DNA of 64,000 bases from Alkalispirochaeta sp. (GTDB lineage Bacteria > Spirochaetota > Spirochaetia > DSM-27196 > Alkalispirochaetaceae): assembly GCA_965242725.1 (NCBI GenBank), contig CBDESZ010000012.1:65247-129246 (forward strand), given 5' to 3'. The notes below the pieces were generated by a model. The model was not told the DNA's origin and did not search any database. It saw only the letters and a program-made list of their open reading frames with translations. Shown piece after piece: positions 37,547 to 48,663 of the stretch (the first letter of the stretch is position 1; each line of letters begins with the position of its first letter). Both the position numbers and the translations under genes were made by a program.

Positions 37547-39973
37547 TTACCGCTCGGCAGCGGGTGGAGGAAACTCCACCACCACCGACGTACCTCCGGC
37601 GTGAGTTGCGGGCGTAAAGGAGACGGTGCCTTCCAGCTGTTCCGCCAGGAGCTGGATGAGCATTAGACCGTCGGACGTACCCGTCGCCCCGTCCTCGTCG
37701 GGCGGGTCGTCCCCCGTTGCGCCTTCGCCACGTCCGCCCGCCCCGTGGCCCGCCCCGTCCCCGGACCTGCCCCAGCCGCCGGCGAGATCGCCATCAGAAG
37801 AGAAAGCGGGCATACCGACACCATCGTCGGCAACGACGAGACGCAGGAGAGATCCCTCGTCCGGCGAAGAGCTTCCGCTCGCTACCGGCTCGAGACGGAC
37901 CGTCAACGTACCGTAGTCGCGATCCCTGAAGGCGTGCTTCGCCGCATTGGTCACCAGCTCATTGGTAATCAACCCGACCGCAACGGCCGTCTGAATATCG
38001 GTCTCTACAGGTTCAACATCTATGTCGAGCTCCATATGCATGTCGTCTCTGCGCAAGGCCGAGACGATGGAGGAAACAAGATCGGGCAGATATCGTCCCA
38101 GATCGATGTGGTCCACCCCACCCTGCCGATGCAGCTTGGCATATATGTCGCTGATCGTCCGGATTCGCTGTCGCGTCTCGGCAAGGACCTTTTTCGCCGC
38201 GCCGTCGCTTACCTTCGGCTCGGCCAGACTGAGGAGGGAGGAAACCATGTTCAGATTGTTTTTCACCCGATGCTGCAGCTCACGGAGAATCACCCGGTTG
38301 GCCTCCAGCGCCTGCTGCAGCTGGCCTTCGATCTCCTTCTGCCTGGTAATATCCGTATTGGTTCCAATCCAGCGACGAGGTTGTCCCTCGTCGTCGCGCA
38401 TAAGGTGGCCCCGGGTCATGACCCATCGCGTACCGCCTTCTTTATGCCGGAGTCGGTGGATCACCTCGTAGCTCTCCGTTTTTCCGGCGAGATGGTCGTC
38501 CACGGCGCGCCGGACCATTTCCGCATCATCGGGGTGCCACAGCGCCCGCCACGTCTCATAGCTCCCGCCCGGCTCCGTTTCGTCGTATCCGAGCATCGAA
38601 TACCATTCGGGACTGAAATATACCTGGTCCCGCCGTAGGTCCCAGTCCCACACCCCGACTCCGGTATTCCTGAGCGCCAGATTGAGCCGCTCTTCACTCT
38701 GTACAAGGCGGTTCAGTGCCGTCTGCTCGTCGGTAATGTCCCGTGCGGCGGCAAAAACCGTCGCATTATCGCCGATCGTCACATTCCACGCAAACGTGCG
38801 ATAACTCCCGTCGGTTGTCCGGTACCTGTTCACAAAACGCTGAACCACCTCGCCGCGGGAAAGGCGATGGAGCAGCTCCCGCGTCGGTTCCACGTCTTCG
38901 GGATGGAGATAGTCATAGATGGAATGGCCTTCCAGCGCGGAGCGGGGAATCCCCAGCGTGCGTACCCACGCCTCGCTAACCATCCCCAGGACGCCGTCGA
39001 CAGTGAGGGTACACATCGGGTCGGGACCGAGCTCAAAAAAACGCTGAAAATCGCTCTGAATCTCAGATACTTCCCGTTCGAGGCGCAGCCGATCGGAGAT
39101 GTCTCGGCTCACCGTCATGACCCCGACAATCTTCCCCCGTCGATCACGGAACGGCGCTTTTACCGTATCGAAGGTAAAGGTCGCGTACTCGACGTTGCCC
39201 GACCCGTCACCGTTCGCCCCGGTCCCGCTCGCCTCGAGATGATCGACGGTATGGATCGTCTCACCCTGCAGAACACGTTCATTGTCGGCCCGCAGTTTCC
39301 TGAGAAACTTCTCTTCTGCATCGAGAAAATTGAACTCCGGGTAGGATTCATAGGCGCGACGCAGCACCTCCACGTCACTCTTTCCAACCACCTCATCGGG
39401 AGTGCTCCCGACGGCCGTCGCAAAGACGATGTTGCACAATACGACCCGGTGCTCCCGATCCTTCACATAGATAAGGTCCGCCGACGAGTCGATTGCATTT
39501 TGAAGGAGCCATTGTCGATTCCACCCCTCACCTTCACTCTCACGGAGAAGAGAGGTATGCCGTTCAAGCTTCCGCTGGTCGCGAACGTGACGCAATGCGT
39601 TTGAAACGGTGAAAACCAGCAGGGACGTACCACATTCCTTCGGTACATATCCCCACGCCGGGATTTCCGCCGCCCGGTCCAATGAGACCCCGTCGGTCCG
39701 GGACGCGAAAAAGACGACCGGCACATCACGTTCGGCGAGGATCTCCCTGGCCGTGGCAACGCCGTCACGTCCACCTTCAGCGAGGATGTCCAAAACGAGA
39801 ATATCGACGACGGACTCGTCGTGTCCTGCATACGCAAAGGCTTCTTCACCGCTTGCGGTATGTACCACCTCAAAACCCGCCGCACCTAGTGCTCGCGTCG
39901 TTGCCGGCACGATTGCGGCATCGTTCTCAATAAACAATACCGTCTTTCCCAGCGTTTCCGTGGGTATTTCCAT
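37547..39973 (-). CDS. REC-PAS-PAS-PAS-HisKA_2 sensor histidine kinase
   Basis: N-terminal receiver domain, PAS/PAC repeats, ELQHRVKNNL, NELVTNAAKHAF and DDGVG. Confidence 0.9.
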   Translation of the reverse strand: MEIPTETLGKTVLFIENDAAIVPATTRALGAAGFEVVHTASGEEAFAYAGHDESVVDILVLDILAEGGRDGVATAREILAERDVPVVFFASRTDGVSLDRAAEIPAWGYVPKECGTSLLVFTVSNALRHVRDQRKLERHTSLLRESEGEGWNRQWLLQNAIDSSADLIYVKDREHRVVLCNIVFATAVGSTPDEVVGKSDVEVLRRAYESYPEFNFLDAEEKFLRKLRADNERVLQGETIHTVDHLEASGTGANGDGSGNVEYATFTFDTVKAPFRDRRGKIVGVMTVSRDISDRLRLEREVSEIQSDFQRFFELGPDPMCTLTVDGVLGMVSEAWVRTLGIPRSALEGHSIYDYLHPEDVEPTRELLHRLSRGEVVQRFVNRYRTTDGSYRTFAWNVTIGDNATVFAAARDITDEQTALNRLVQSEERLNLALRNTGVGVWDWDLRRDQVYFSPEWYSMLGYDETEPGGSYETWRALWHPDDAEMVRRAVDDHLAGKTESYEVIHRLRHKEGGTRWVMTRGHLMRDDEGQPRRWIGTNTDITRQKEIEGQLQQALEANRVILRELQHRVKNNLNMVSSLLSLAEPKVSDGAAKKVLAETRQRIRTISDIYAKLHRQGGVDHIDLGRYLPDLVSSIVSALRRDDMHMELDIDVEPVETDIQTAVAVGLITNELVTNAAKHAFRDRDYGTLTVRLEPVASGSSSPDEGSLLRLVVADDGVGMPAFSSDGDLAGGWGRSGDGAGHGAGGRGEGATGDDPPDEDGATGTSDGLMLIQLLAEQLEGTVSFTPATHAGGTSVVVEFPPPAAER

Positions 39974-40201
39974 ACTAAACCTGTGTGTTGAATCTTTCTT
40001 ACTTGACGAATATTCGAATGGCAGGAGAATTCCGGATCCATGCAATCCTTGTCTCAAGTCTATCTCACTATCTGATTTTATTCCATACTATTTTACTGAA
40101 CCATCCGGTTCCGCAGTGAACTGTCCGGCAACATCGGCACCACCCCCGCGGTTCGCCGTGCATCGGTCTTGACCAATTGCACGCGAGCACGTACATTGGG
40201 G

Positions 40202-40406
40202 GTGGTTTTCGGGGCAGGGTGCGTCGATTTTTCGACAATTCCCGACCGGCGGTGAAAGTCCGCGAGTTTCCCCCAAAATTTCGTATATCGCGTTGCGGTA
40301 TATGAAACGGCAAAAATATTCGGCTGCAGCCGTCTGTTTTTGTTCATGGAAGCTGAACCGGTGAAATTCCGGTACCGACGGTACAGTCCGGATGGGAGAA
40401 AACCAC
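40202..40406 (+). ncRNA. FMN riboswitch (RFN element) with insertions
   Basis: P1 GTGGTTTTC/GAAAACCAC; GGGGCAGGGTG...AATTCCCGACCGGCGGTGAAAGTCCGCGAG...CCGGTGAAATTCCGGTACCGACGGTACAGTCCGGATGGGAGAA; upstream of ribD. Confidence 0.93.
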
Positions 40407-40493
40407 GGAATCGCACAATTGCGGGAGAAACGGCGTCAATCTGCCGTCCTTGATCCCCCTTGCGTGTATTCCCTCCTCCCATGGAACGGCAAC

Positions 40494-40518
40494 GGAAGCG
40501 CAAGCTTCCTTTTTTTTT
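40494..40518 (+). terminator. FMN riboswitch attenuator terminator
   Basis: GGAAGC-GCAA-GCTTCC followed by 9 Ts, between the aptamer and ribD. Confidence 0.85.
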
Positions 40519-40562
40519 GCCCTTCCATACCACTTGAGATCGCCCCGGACCAGGAGGATCTC

Positions 40563-41729
40563 ATGTCATTTGAAAAACACGCGCAGTTTCTCGCGCGGAG
40601 CGCACAACTCGCGCTGAAGGGCCGGGGAGCGGTAACGCCCAACCCGCTCGTTGGAGCGGTGGTCGTATACGGCGGCCGGGTCGTCGCCGAGGGATACCAC
40701 CGACACTACGGCGCCCGCCACGCCGAGGCTGATGCCCTCGACACCGCCGGTCACACGGCGCGGGGAGCAACGCTCTACTGCAATCTGGAGCCCTGCTCCT
40801 ACACCGCCCCGGAAAAGCATCAGCCGCCGTGCACACGCCGCATCATCGACGCCGGAATCGAACATGTCGTCATCGGCCAGCTCGATCCCAACCCTCGCGT
40901 CCGCGGCGACGGGGTGCGGCAGCTTGAGGACGCCGGTATCACCGTCACCGTCGCGGCGGACGGTGCGGACTATCTCCGCCTCAACGACGCATTCAACACG
41001 TGGATGACCTTCGGGCGCCCTCTTGTGCATCTCAAGGCGGCGGTGAGTCTGGACGGACGAATCGCCGCCGCCGGCGGGGATTCAAAGTGGATCACCGGAG
41101 AGGAGTCACGCAGGGAGGCCCATCGTCTGCGGGCTCAGCGTGATGCGATCGCGGTCGGAATCGACACCGTTCTGACCGACGATCCCCGTCTCACTACCCG
41201 CCTTACCGACGGGCAAAATCCCCGCCCGATCGTCTTTGATTCCAGGCTGCGTATACCCCTGGATTCATACCTCGTCAGAAGCCGCAGCGAGGAACTTGTG
41301 GTCTTCCACGGTGAGGATCATTTCGACGTCGAACGGGCGGCGTCACTGAAGCGCGTTGGGGTCACCCTTCACGCCCTGCCCCGCCGGAATGACGGCACCA
41401 TTGACCTCCCGTCGGCCCTTGCCGTTCTCGGGACGATGGGGATCACCTCGCTACTTGTTGAAGGCGGCGCGACGCTACTCTCCTCCTTCATCCGGCACGA
41501 GCTCTTTGACCGCCTCACCCTCTTTATCGCGCCTATCGTCATCGGATCGGGCCCCTCCGTGGTGGACGGGAGCGGCATTTCACGGATAACGGATGCCCTC
41601 AGACTGGACGGCGTCACATGGCGCACCATCGGGAGCGATCAGATAGTGGACGGTTACCATCCGGACTGGCTCGCCTCCGTGACGGCCGCCACTTTTCAGG
41701 AGGAACACAGTGTTTACGGGACTCATTGA
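40563..41729 (+). CDS. ribD: Bifunctional pyrimidine deaminase/reductase
   Basis: PNPLVGAV, HAE, LEPC...PPC, SLDGRIA and LLVEGG motifs; AGGAGG SD. Confidence 0.95.
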   Translation: MSFEKHAQFLARSAQLALKGRGAVTPNPLVGAVVVYGGRVVAEGYHRHYGARHAEADALDTAGHTARGATLYCNLEPCSYTAPEKHQPPCTRRIIDAGIEHVVIGQLDPNPRVRGDGVRQLEDAGITVTVAADGADYLRLNDAFNTWMTFGRPLVHLKAAVSLDGRIAAAGGDSKWITGEESRREAHRLRAQRDAIAVGIDTVLTDDPRLTTRLTDGQNPRPIVFDSRLRIPLDSYLVRSRSEELVVFHGEDHFDVERAASLKRVGVTLHALPRRNDGTIDLPSALAVLGTMGITSLLVEGGATLLSSFIRHELFDRLTLFIAPIVIGSGPSVVDGSGISRITDALRLDGVTWRTIGSDQIVDGYHPDWLASVTAATFQEEHSVYGTH

Positions 41730-42357
41730 AGAAATCGGGACCGTCCACTCCGTCCGCCGCACCGGACACTATCAGGTTGTTGAAATTGCGGCACGGAAGG
41801 TACTGGAGGGAACGGCACCGGGCGACTCAATCGCCGTAGACGGCGTCTGCCAGACGGTAACGCGTATCGAAGGCTACACGTTCCAGGTGGAAACCCTCGC
41901 CGCCAGCCTTGAAAAGACGACACTGGGAATGCTCAACCGGGGCAGTCCGGTCAATCTGGAACGGGCGGTCACCGCTTCAACGCGGCTGGGCGGTCACATC
42001 GTCCAGGGACACGTCGACGGCATCGCCACAATCCGTCGTATCGAAAAAAAGGGCCCCAATGTATACCTCACCGTAGAACTGCCGGAAAGGCTCATACGCT
42101 ACTGCATCGCCGAGGGTTCCATAACAATTGACGGCATCAGCCTCACCATCGCGTCGCTGTCGGGCAGGTCGGTAACGACCAATGTCATACCCGCAACGTG
42201 GGACGCCACGACCCTGAAGGGTCGCTCACCGGGAGACACGGTCAACATCGAGGCGGACGTCATCGCCCGATACGTGGAACGCCTCCTCGGCGCTCCCGGA
42301 GCGCCAGGGGCTCACAGAGGAATGACGGAGGAAGGACTCCGGGCATTGGGTTACTGA
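41710..42357 (+). CDS. ribE: Riboflavin synthase
   Basis: MFTGLIEE N-terminus, VNLERA and GGHIVQGHVDG. Confidence 0.95.
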   Translation: MFTGLIEEIGTVHSVRRTGHYQVVEIAARKVLEGTAPGDSIAVDGVCQTVTRIEGYTFQVETLAASLEKTTLGMLNRGSPVNLERAVTASTRLGGHIVQGHVDGIATIRRIEKKGPNVYLTVELPERLIRYCIAEGSITIDGISLTIASLSGRSVTTNVIPATWDATTLKGRSPGDTVNIEADVIARYVERLLGAPGAPGAHRGMTEEGLRALGY

Positions 42358-42383
42358 TGAAGAGAAAACAAGAGGAGAAGATA

Positions 42384-43643
42384 ATGAACGAACTCATACA
42401 GCGTATCGACGAGGCACTGCAGCGTCTCGCCGAAGGTCGATTGATCATGATTCGCGACGACGAAGGACGGGAAAATGAAGGCGACCTGGTCGGCGCCGCG
42501 GCACATGCAACGGCGGAAATGGTCAACTTCATGGTCCGTTTCGGCCGGGGACTCGTCTGTCAGCCCATCACCGAGGAGACGGCGCGGCGTCTCCAGCTCG
42601 CACCCCAGGCGGCGCGAAACACCGACAGTCACGGTACCGCCTTTACGGTGAGCGTCGACGCCGCGGAGAACACCTCGACCGGTATCTCCGCGGAGGACCG
42701 TGCCGTCACCGCGCGGCGGCTTGCCGATCCCGACTCACGGGCCGAGGATTTTCGGCGGCCCGGTCACATGTTTCCGCTGGTGGCGCGTGAAGGCGGTGTC
42801 TTTCGTCGTTTCGGCCACACCGAGGCGTCCCTGGACATGGTCCGCCTCGCGGGGCTCCCGCGGTCCGCGCTCATTTGTGAGGTGCTCTCCGAGGACGGAA
42901 CGATGGCCCGCGGCGCGGAGCTGGAACGACTCGCCCGCGAGTGGGATATGCCGCTTATTTCCGTAGCGGATATTCGCGAATATCGTCGCCGTATCGGAGA
43001 CTTCGCCGTGAAATCCTCGTCGTCGGCGCAGCTGCCCACGGAATTCGGCAATTTCCGGATATCAGTATTTCATACCGACGATCCCGCCGGCGCAGAGGCG
43101 GTCCTTTTGGAGTCGGAGAAGGTGCCGGAGGAGCACCCGATTGTCCGCATCCATTCTGAGTGTCTCACCGGTGAGGCATTTCACAGCCATCGCTGTGACT
43201 GCGGGCCCCAGCTGGAAGAGGCGCTGCGGACTGTGGATAGCCTCGGCGGCGCCGTCGTCTATTTGCGGCAGGAGGGACGGGGCATCGGACTGTTTGAGAA
43301 GATACGTGCCTACACGCTCCAGGACGAGGGGCGGGACACGCTGGAAGCCAATATCGAACTGGGCCACCGGGCCGATGAGCGGGACTACAGCGTCGCCGCC
43401 GCAATCCTGAAGCACCGCGGGTATGACCGCGTGAAACTGCTCACCAACAATCCTGACAAAATACAGGGACTGGAGGCGGCGGGGATCACGGTGACGGAAC
43501 GCATGCCCATTCACGTCGGTCACAGCAGGTGGAACAGGGACTATCTGACAACCAAGTTTATCCGGATGGGACATATGGCACCGTCGGAGGAGCAACACGA
43601 TTCTATATACAGCCATACCACACACATGGGAGGAACAATATGA
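42384..43643 (+). CDS. ribBA: DHBP synthase / GTP cyclohydrolase II
   Basis: [20 protein letters not shown]...RCDCG and QEGRGIGL motifs. Confidence 0.95.
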   Translation: MNELIQRIDEALQRLAEGRLIMIRDDEGRENEGDLVGAAAHATAEMVNFMVRFGRGLVCQPITEETARRLQLAPQAARNTDSHGTAFTVSVDAAENTSTGISAEDRAVTARRLADPDSRAEDFRRPGHMFPLVAREGGVFRRFGHTEASLDMVRLAGLPRSALICEVLSEDGTMARGAELERLAREWDMPLISVADIREYRRRIGDFAVKSSSSAQLPTEFGNFRISVFHTDDPAGAEAVLLESEKVPEEHPIVRIHSECLTGEAFHSHRCDCGPQLEEALRTVDSLGGAVVYLRQEGRGIGLFEKIRAYTLQDEGRDTLEANIELGHRADERDYSVAAAILKHRGYDRVKLLTNNPDKIQGLEAAGITVTERMPIHVGHSRWNRDYLTTKFIRMGHMAPSEEQHDSIYSHTTHMGGTI

Positions 43644-44125
43644 AGGAAATTCGCACATATGAAGGAACCTTGCAGGGAGAGGGTACGCGCTATGCTCTCG
43701 TGGTGGGACGGTTCAACTCGTTCATCACCGATCGGCTCGTGGAAGGGGCGATTGATTGTCTCCTGCGCCACGGCGTAGACGGGAAGGATATTGAGATTTT
43801 TCGCGTACCCGGAGCGTGGGAAATCCCGTTGGCCGCAAAACGGGCGGCCCTCCGCGGTACCTGCGACGCCGTCATCTGTCTCGGAGCGGTAATACGGGGC
43901 GGGACTCCCCACTTTGACTACGTCGCCGCGGAAGTGAGTAAAGGCGTCGCCGCGGCAGGCATGGAGACGGGAGTCCCCACGGCCTTTGGCGTTCTCACGA
44001 CGGACTCCATTGAGCAGGCCGTTGAACGGGCGGGTACCAAAGCCGGCAACAAGGGATGGGAAGCCGCATCGGCCGCTCTGGAAATGGTGAGTCTCTTTCA
44101 CACAATGGAGCGGACGACGAAGTAA
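43640..44125 (+). CDS. ribH: Lumazine synthase
   Basis: [19 protein letters not shown] and GNKG motifs. Confidence 0.95.
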   Translation: MKEIRTYEGTLQGEGTRYALVVGRFNSFITDRLVEGAIDCLLRHGVDGKDIEIFRVPGAWEIPLAAKRAALRGTCDAVICLGAVIRGGTPHFDYVAAEVSKGVAAAGMETGVPTAFGVLTTDSIEQAVERAGTKAGNKGWEAASAALEMVSLFHTMERTTK

Positions 44126-44187
44126 GGGTGACGTCGTTCCTTTCCGTCCGTCTTTTTGGCATACTGCCGGGCGGAAAGGAACAGTAC

Positions 44188-44844
44188 ATGACGCTTTATC
44201 TCATCCGTCACGGCCAATCGGGCGAAAACGACGGAAGCACCATAAGCAGTGATTCACCACTCACGGAACGGGGCCGGGAGCAGGCGCGCCGTACGGGCGC
44301 GCGCCTTGCCTCGGGGGGGATCGACTCTCTCGGGCACACGCCTCCCGCCGTAGTCTACACAAGCCCCGCCCGGAGGGCGGTGGAGACGGCGCGGGAAATC
44401 GCAACTGCCTGTTCGGCATCGTTAAATGTAGAACCGAAGCTCTGTGAGTATGGAATGCTCTATGACGACCCGGGGCTGACGGCGTCGGAACTTAAGGACA
44501 TCGCCCCCGACGCGATCCTACCCGCAGGGTTTCCCGTTCACCACGGCTGGGCTGAAGAGTATCGGGGAGAGACAAAGGAGGAGATGGTTTCCCGCGCCGA
44601 CGGGGTGATCGACCTCCTGACAACGACCCATCCCGTGGGTACCGCAACGATCGCCGTTGTATCCCACGCTCACTTCGGCGGCTTCCTGATGGGGCGTCTC
44701 TTCGGTATTCCCCGGGAGGGACTCTCCCGGAACCGCATACGCCTCTTTAACTGCGGCATTACCAAGGTCGGATTTTCCGGGACATACAAGATCATGTTCT
44801 ACTCAAATCAGACGAGCCACCTGAACGGCGTTACCACCCCGTGA
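44188..44844 (+). CDS. Histidine phosphatase family protein
   Basis: LIRHGQS, SP..RA.ETA and VVSH motifs. Confidence 0.88.
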   Translation: MTLYLIRHGQSGENDGSTISSDSPLTERGREQARRTGARLASGGIDSLGHTPPAVVYTSPARRAVETAREIATACSASLNVEPKLCEYGMLYDDPGLTASELKDIAPDAILPAGFPVHHGWAEEYRGETKEEMVSRADGVIDLLTTTHPVGTATIAVVSHAHFGGFLMGRLFGIPREGLSRNRIRLFNCGITKVGFSGTYKIMFYSNQTSHLNGVTTP

Positions 44845-44908
44845 CGTTGGGGGCGTCCTGTATGGTTCGGATTTGAGATTCTGTTCAGAGCGGGTATACT
44901 GAATTGAT

Positions 44909-46294
44909 ATGGCTGATCGCCACGATGCGTTGTACCAACAGATTCTCGAGTCCATGCGGGACGTCGTCTTTACTCTGGACAGGGAGATGCGCCATACCGG
45001 TGTCTTCGGCAGATGGATCGAGGAAGCGGGCCTCACGCCGGAGGACTTCCTCGGAAAAACCTTCGCCGAGATCCTCGGAGAAACGGCGGCGACAGTCCAT
45101 GAACGGGAATTTGCCCGGGCGCTGGCCGGGGAGTTTGTCCTCTATGAGTGGAATCTGCCCACCGAGGAAGGGACGCAGTACTTTCAAACCTCACTCTCAC
45201 CGATCTACGATGAAGCCGGTGCGGCTACCGGGCTGGTCGGTATCGGCCGGGACATTACGGAGCTCAAAGGGGCGCAGACGATGCTCGCCAACATCATCGA
45301 GGCTACCGAAGTGGGTACGTGGCAGTGGAACGTGAAAACGGGAAGTGTTGTCTTCAATGAACGCTGGGCGACGATGGTGGGGTACACCCTTGACGACCTG
45401 GAACCCCTTTCCATTGAAACGTGGCTCGCCTTTCTCCATCCCGAGGACAAGGAACCTACCGCACGGGCACTGGAACGTCATTTTTCCGGTGAGATGCCCT
45501 TTTACGACGTGGAGGTGCGCATGCGTCATCGGGACGGCTACTGGATCTGGATCCAGGACCGGGGTAAAGTCATTTCCCGGGACGGTGCCGGCAATCCGGT
45601 GATGATGTTCGGCACCCACACGGACATTACCACCCGGAAGACCGCATCCCGGCGCATTGAGGAACTCCTTGAGGAAAAGACGCTGATACTGCGGGAAATC
45701 AACCACCGCACCAAAAACAATCTCGCCATGGTGGCATCGCTCATCCACCTGAAGGAAGCGGAACTGGGGGCGGGGATAGACCTGTCGGATCTGCAGTCCC
45801 GGGTGTCCACCCTTTCGGCACTCCATGAACGCCTGCAGTATTCGGGCGGTACCGATCGTGTCGCCATCCTTCCCTATTTCCGGACCGTCCTGGACGCCGT
45901 TTTTACCGGTTCTGCCATACCGGTCACGCTCTCCATAGACGTTGAAGACCGAACATTTCGTTCACGCACGGCGACGTCTCTTGGTCTCATACTCAATGAA
46001 CTGGCGACAAACGCCGTGAAGCACGGATTTGTTCCGGCAGCGACGGAAGAGGCCGCCTTTTCCGTAACCCTCGCCCGAGACGAGGGCAGTGAAAACAGCG
46101 CGGAGGGAACATCGGTATACACCCTCACCATTTCCAACTCCGGAGTGTCCCTGCCGGAGACAATCGATACCGCCGAGCCGGCATCGATGGGTTTTCAGCT
46201 GGTCGGACATCTCGCAAATCAGCTGGGGGGAAGCTTTACCGTCACGGGAAGAACGCCGCCGGAGTTCACCATCACATTTCATGTCAGGGAGTGA
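44909..46294 (+). CDS. PAS-PAS-HisKA_2 sensor histidine kinase
   Basis: PAS/PAC domains, EINHRTKNNL and NELATNAVKHG. Confidence 0.9.
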   Translation: MADRHDALYQQILESMRDVVFTLDREMRHTGVFGRWIEEAGLTPEDFLGKTFAEILGETAATVHEREFARALAGEFVLYEWNLPTEEGTQYFQTSLSPIYDEAGAATGLVGIGRDITELKGAQTMLANIIEATEVGTWQWNVKTGSVVFNERWATMVGYTLDDLEPLSIETWLAFLHPEDKEPTARALERHFSGEMPFYDVEVRMRHRDGYWIWIQDRGKVISRDGAGNPVMMFGTHTDITTRKTASRRIEELLEEKTLILREINHRTKNNLAMVASLIHLKEAELGAGIDLSDLQSRVSTLSALHERLQYSGGTDRVAILPYFRTVLDAVFTGSAIPVTLSIDVEDRTFRSRTATSLGLILNELATNAVKHGFVPAATEEAAFSVTLARDEGSENSAEGTSVYTLTISNSGVSLPETIDTAEPASMGFQLVGHLANQLGGSFTVTGRTPPEFTITFHVRE

Positions 46295-46337
46295 CTTTAA
46301 TTTGACTAAATTACTGAGAGACATCAATACTGGTTGT

Positions 46338-47780
46338 ATGAGCACACCAGGGCATACAGGCCGGTATTTCATTGGCCTCTTTTTCGGTCTCATCCATCTG
46401 TCCGTCCTCGCCGCGCTTGAACCGCTTCCGGTTACCCTGCACATGCAACCGGCCGACGAGGTATTCTCGGTACCCCCGGGATTCGAGCGCAGTATCGATC
46501 GAACCGTTGAAAACCGGGTGTACGCCCTTGGTCGCTTTGACGTCGTTGATGCAGGAGAGACGGCTGCGGAGCCGTCGGAGCTGGAAGCGCTGCGGGAAGA
46601 GCATTCTGCCGAGGGAGAGTTGGCGGAGGCGGCGCTCCGCGCGGCAGGCCAGTCCGCTGACGATCCCGGCGTCCATGTGCTGCAATACGGTATCCTCTCC
46701 TACAGCGAAGAGCTGGTCTGGGTCCCCTACGAAGATGAGGACGAACAGGAAGAGGAGGAGAGTGACGACAGTCTGTTTGGCGCGATACTCACCTTTTTCT
46801 TCCCCGTACTTGAAGAAGAGAATGAAGAGGAACAGGGGCGATGGATGACGGAGGCAAGCGTCACCCTCGACGTGCGCCTCATCGCCCCCCGGGACGACGG
46901 TCGCAGATCCGGCGGCGACAAGGCCTTTTCCACAACCGCCTATGCCCTGGAAGAGAGTCCTGGCGCCGCTCACAGCACCCTTCTTGACGGCATTGCCGCT
47001 TCCCTCGATACGGAACTGCGGCGCCTCTACGTTCTCCGGGGACAATCGGCCGTGACGGGAAGACGATACGGGACGATAGACTTCGGCGACGAGGTGGGTG
47101 TACGGTCGGGTCAGCTCTTCACCGTGCGATCGGAGACGGCACCGGGAAGTACGACGCTCCTGCGGGTGGTGCAGGTTGACCCGGGCAGCAGCGACGTCCG
47201 GGTGGTCCGGCAATGGGGTACCCGGGACGCGAGCGGTGCCGCACGGGAGGTCATCGGTCCGTCATTTGACGTCCGTGTGGACGGGATCGTTGATATTTCC
47301 GATGACGGGATGCTCCGGGTCGGTCCGGCGTTGACCATCGTCGCCGCTCCCTACGCACCCATTCACGGCGGCGGGGGCATGCGTTTTTTCGGTGTGGAGG
47401 ACTCCGCGGACCGCGTTGATTTCGGCTTCACCTTTTCCGCCTTTGTCGGTGCCCATCTCATCGCCCTGCCCCGCTTCCGTCTCACCGCGGTGGGAACTGG
47501 CGAACTCGGTATCGTGACGCGTCCCGACGACAACAATGACTCGGCGTCGGCCCTCGTTCCCGCCATCGCCCCGGAACTCCAGGCGAGTATCGTCATCACG
47601 CCTCACCTCGATCTCCTCCTCGGCGGGGGATATCGCTTTGCCGCCTCCACCACAGACTGGACGGTCACTCCCGACGTGGAGGACGCCGAGCCGGTATCGG
47701 CTGAATTCGGGGGCGACCCGCCGTCGGTGACGACCACCGGTCCCTTTGCCTACGCGGGGATGCGCTTTGTTGTTTTCTAA
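46338..47780 (+). CDS. Exported protein, possibly with a C-terminal outer-membrane beta-barrel
   Basis: Signal peptide, acidic insertion, amphipathic beta-strands and a terminal Phe (YAGMRFVVF). Confidence 0.6.
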   Translation: MSTPGHTGRYFIGLFFGLIHLSVLAALEPLPVTLHMQPADEVFSVPPGFERSIDRTVENRVYALGRFDVVDAGETAAEPSELEALREEHSAEGELAEAALRAAGQSADDPGVHVLQYGILSYSEELVWVPYEDEDEQEEEESDDSLFGAILTFFFPVLEEENEEEQGRWMTEASVTLDVRLIAPRDDGRRSGGDKAFSTTAYALEESPGAAHSTLLDGIAASLDTELRRLYVLRGQSAVTGRRYGTIDFGDEVGVRSGQLFTVRSETAPGSTTLLRVVQVDPGSSDVRVVRQWGTRDASGAAREVIGPSFDVRVDGIVDISDDGMLRVGPALTIVAAPYAPIHGGGGMRFFGVEDSADRVDFGFTFSAFVGAHLIALPRFRLTAVGTGELGIVTRPDDNNDSASALVPAIAPELQASIVITPHLDLLLGGGYRFAASTTDWTVTPDVEDAEPVSAEFGGDPPSVTTTGPFAYAGMRFVVF

Positions 47781-47892
47781 TTTTCGTTGAACTTACGTTC
47801 TGCCCGGCTGCGACGCTACCGTAACACCATACCCGCCTCGCCTACGCGCGATTGGCCGGCTCTGGCGGCGGGACGATGCGATGCGCCGAGTG

Positions 47893-48501
47893 TCACTCCG
47901 CCCGGGCGCCGGAAGGAAACATCCAGGTGAATCCTGCAAGCTCCTGTGAATCAACCGCATCTCCCCGGCGGTACTCGCGTACCGGTTCAAAACTTCGATC
48001 ACCACCGCTGAGGCGGGTCCAGCGTAAAACGGTGCCGGTCGTCGGATTGACCACCCAATATTCACTCACGCCGGTCTGCTCGTATAGGAGCTTCTTTTCG
48101 GAAAGGTCTTTATACGCAGTGGAGTCGGAGAGGACTTCGATTACCAATGTCGGCGCTCCGGTGATGCCCTTCTCGGACACGATGCGTTTATCGCAAATGA
48201 CCATAACGTCCGGCTGTACGACCGTGTCTTCCTCGCCCTGTTCATTCTGTGTCGGCAGGAACAAATCCGTCGGTGCAATGAATGCTTCGCAGGAGCCGAC
48301 CCGGCCCGTATACTCTCTCAGCTCACCAAAGAGGTTACCCACGATCCGCTGGTGAGTAACGGAAGGAGCCGGGCTCATGTTATAGGGGACGCCATGAATA
48401 AGTTCCCACCGCTCCTCGCCGGACCAGGTGAGATACTCTTTTACAGAATACAGAGTAGTGTGTTGTATCGCCGAGCTACCTGCCGTTGGTTGAGTGGACA
48501 T
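47893..48501 (-). CDS. Uma2-family (PD-(D/E)XK) endonuclease
   Basis: MSPAPSVTHQ, VQPDVMV, LVIEVLS and GVSEYWVVNP motifs. Confidence 0.92.
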   Translation of the reverse strand: MSTQPTAGSSAIQHTTLYSVKEYLTWSGEERWELIHGVPYNMSPAPSVTHQRIVGNLFGELREYTGRVGSCEAFIAPTDLFLPTQNEQGEEDTVVQPDVMVICDKRIVSEKGITGAPTLVIEVLSDSTAYKDLSEKKLLYEQTGVSEYWVVNPTTGTVLRWTRLSGGDRSFEPVREYRRGDAVDSQELAGFTWMFPSGARAE

Positions 48502-48663
48502 GGGACACGTCTCCTATATCATGTCCATTATACTCCGTAGCCAGGGAAGATCGGAAGTCCGGACGAAAATGTTGTCGTGAGAGTAATGCCGAAAACAACA
48601 ATGGCGCCGTCCAACTTCAAGATGAACGGCGCCAAAAATCGTCTCCAACAGTGGAATTACCTG

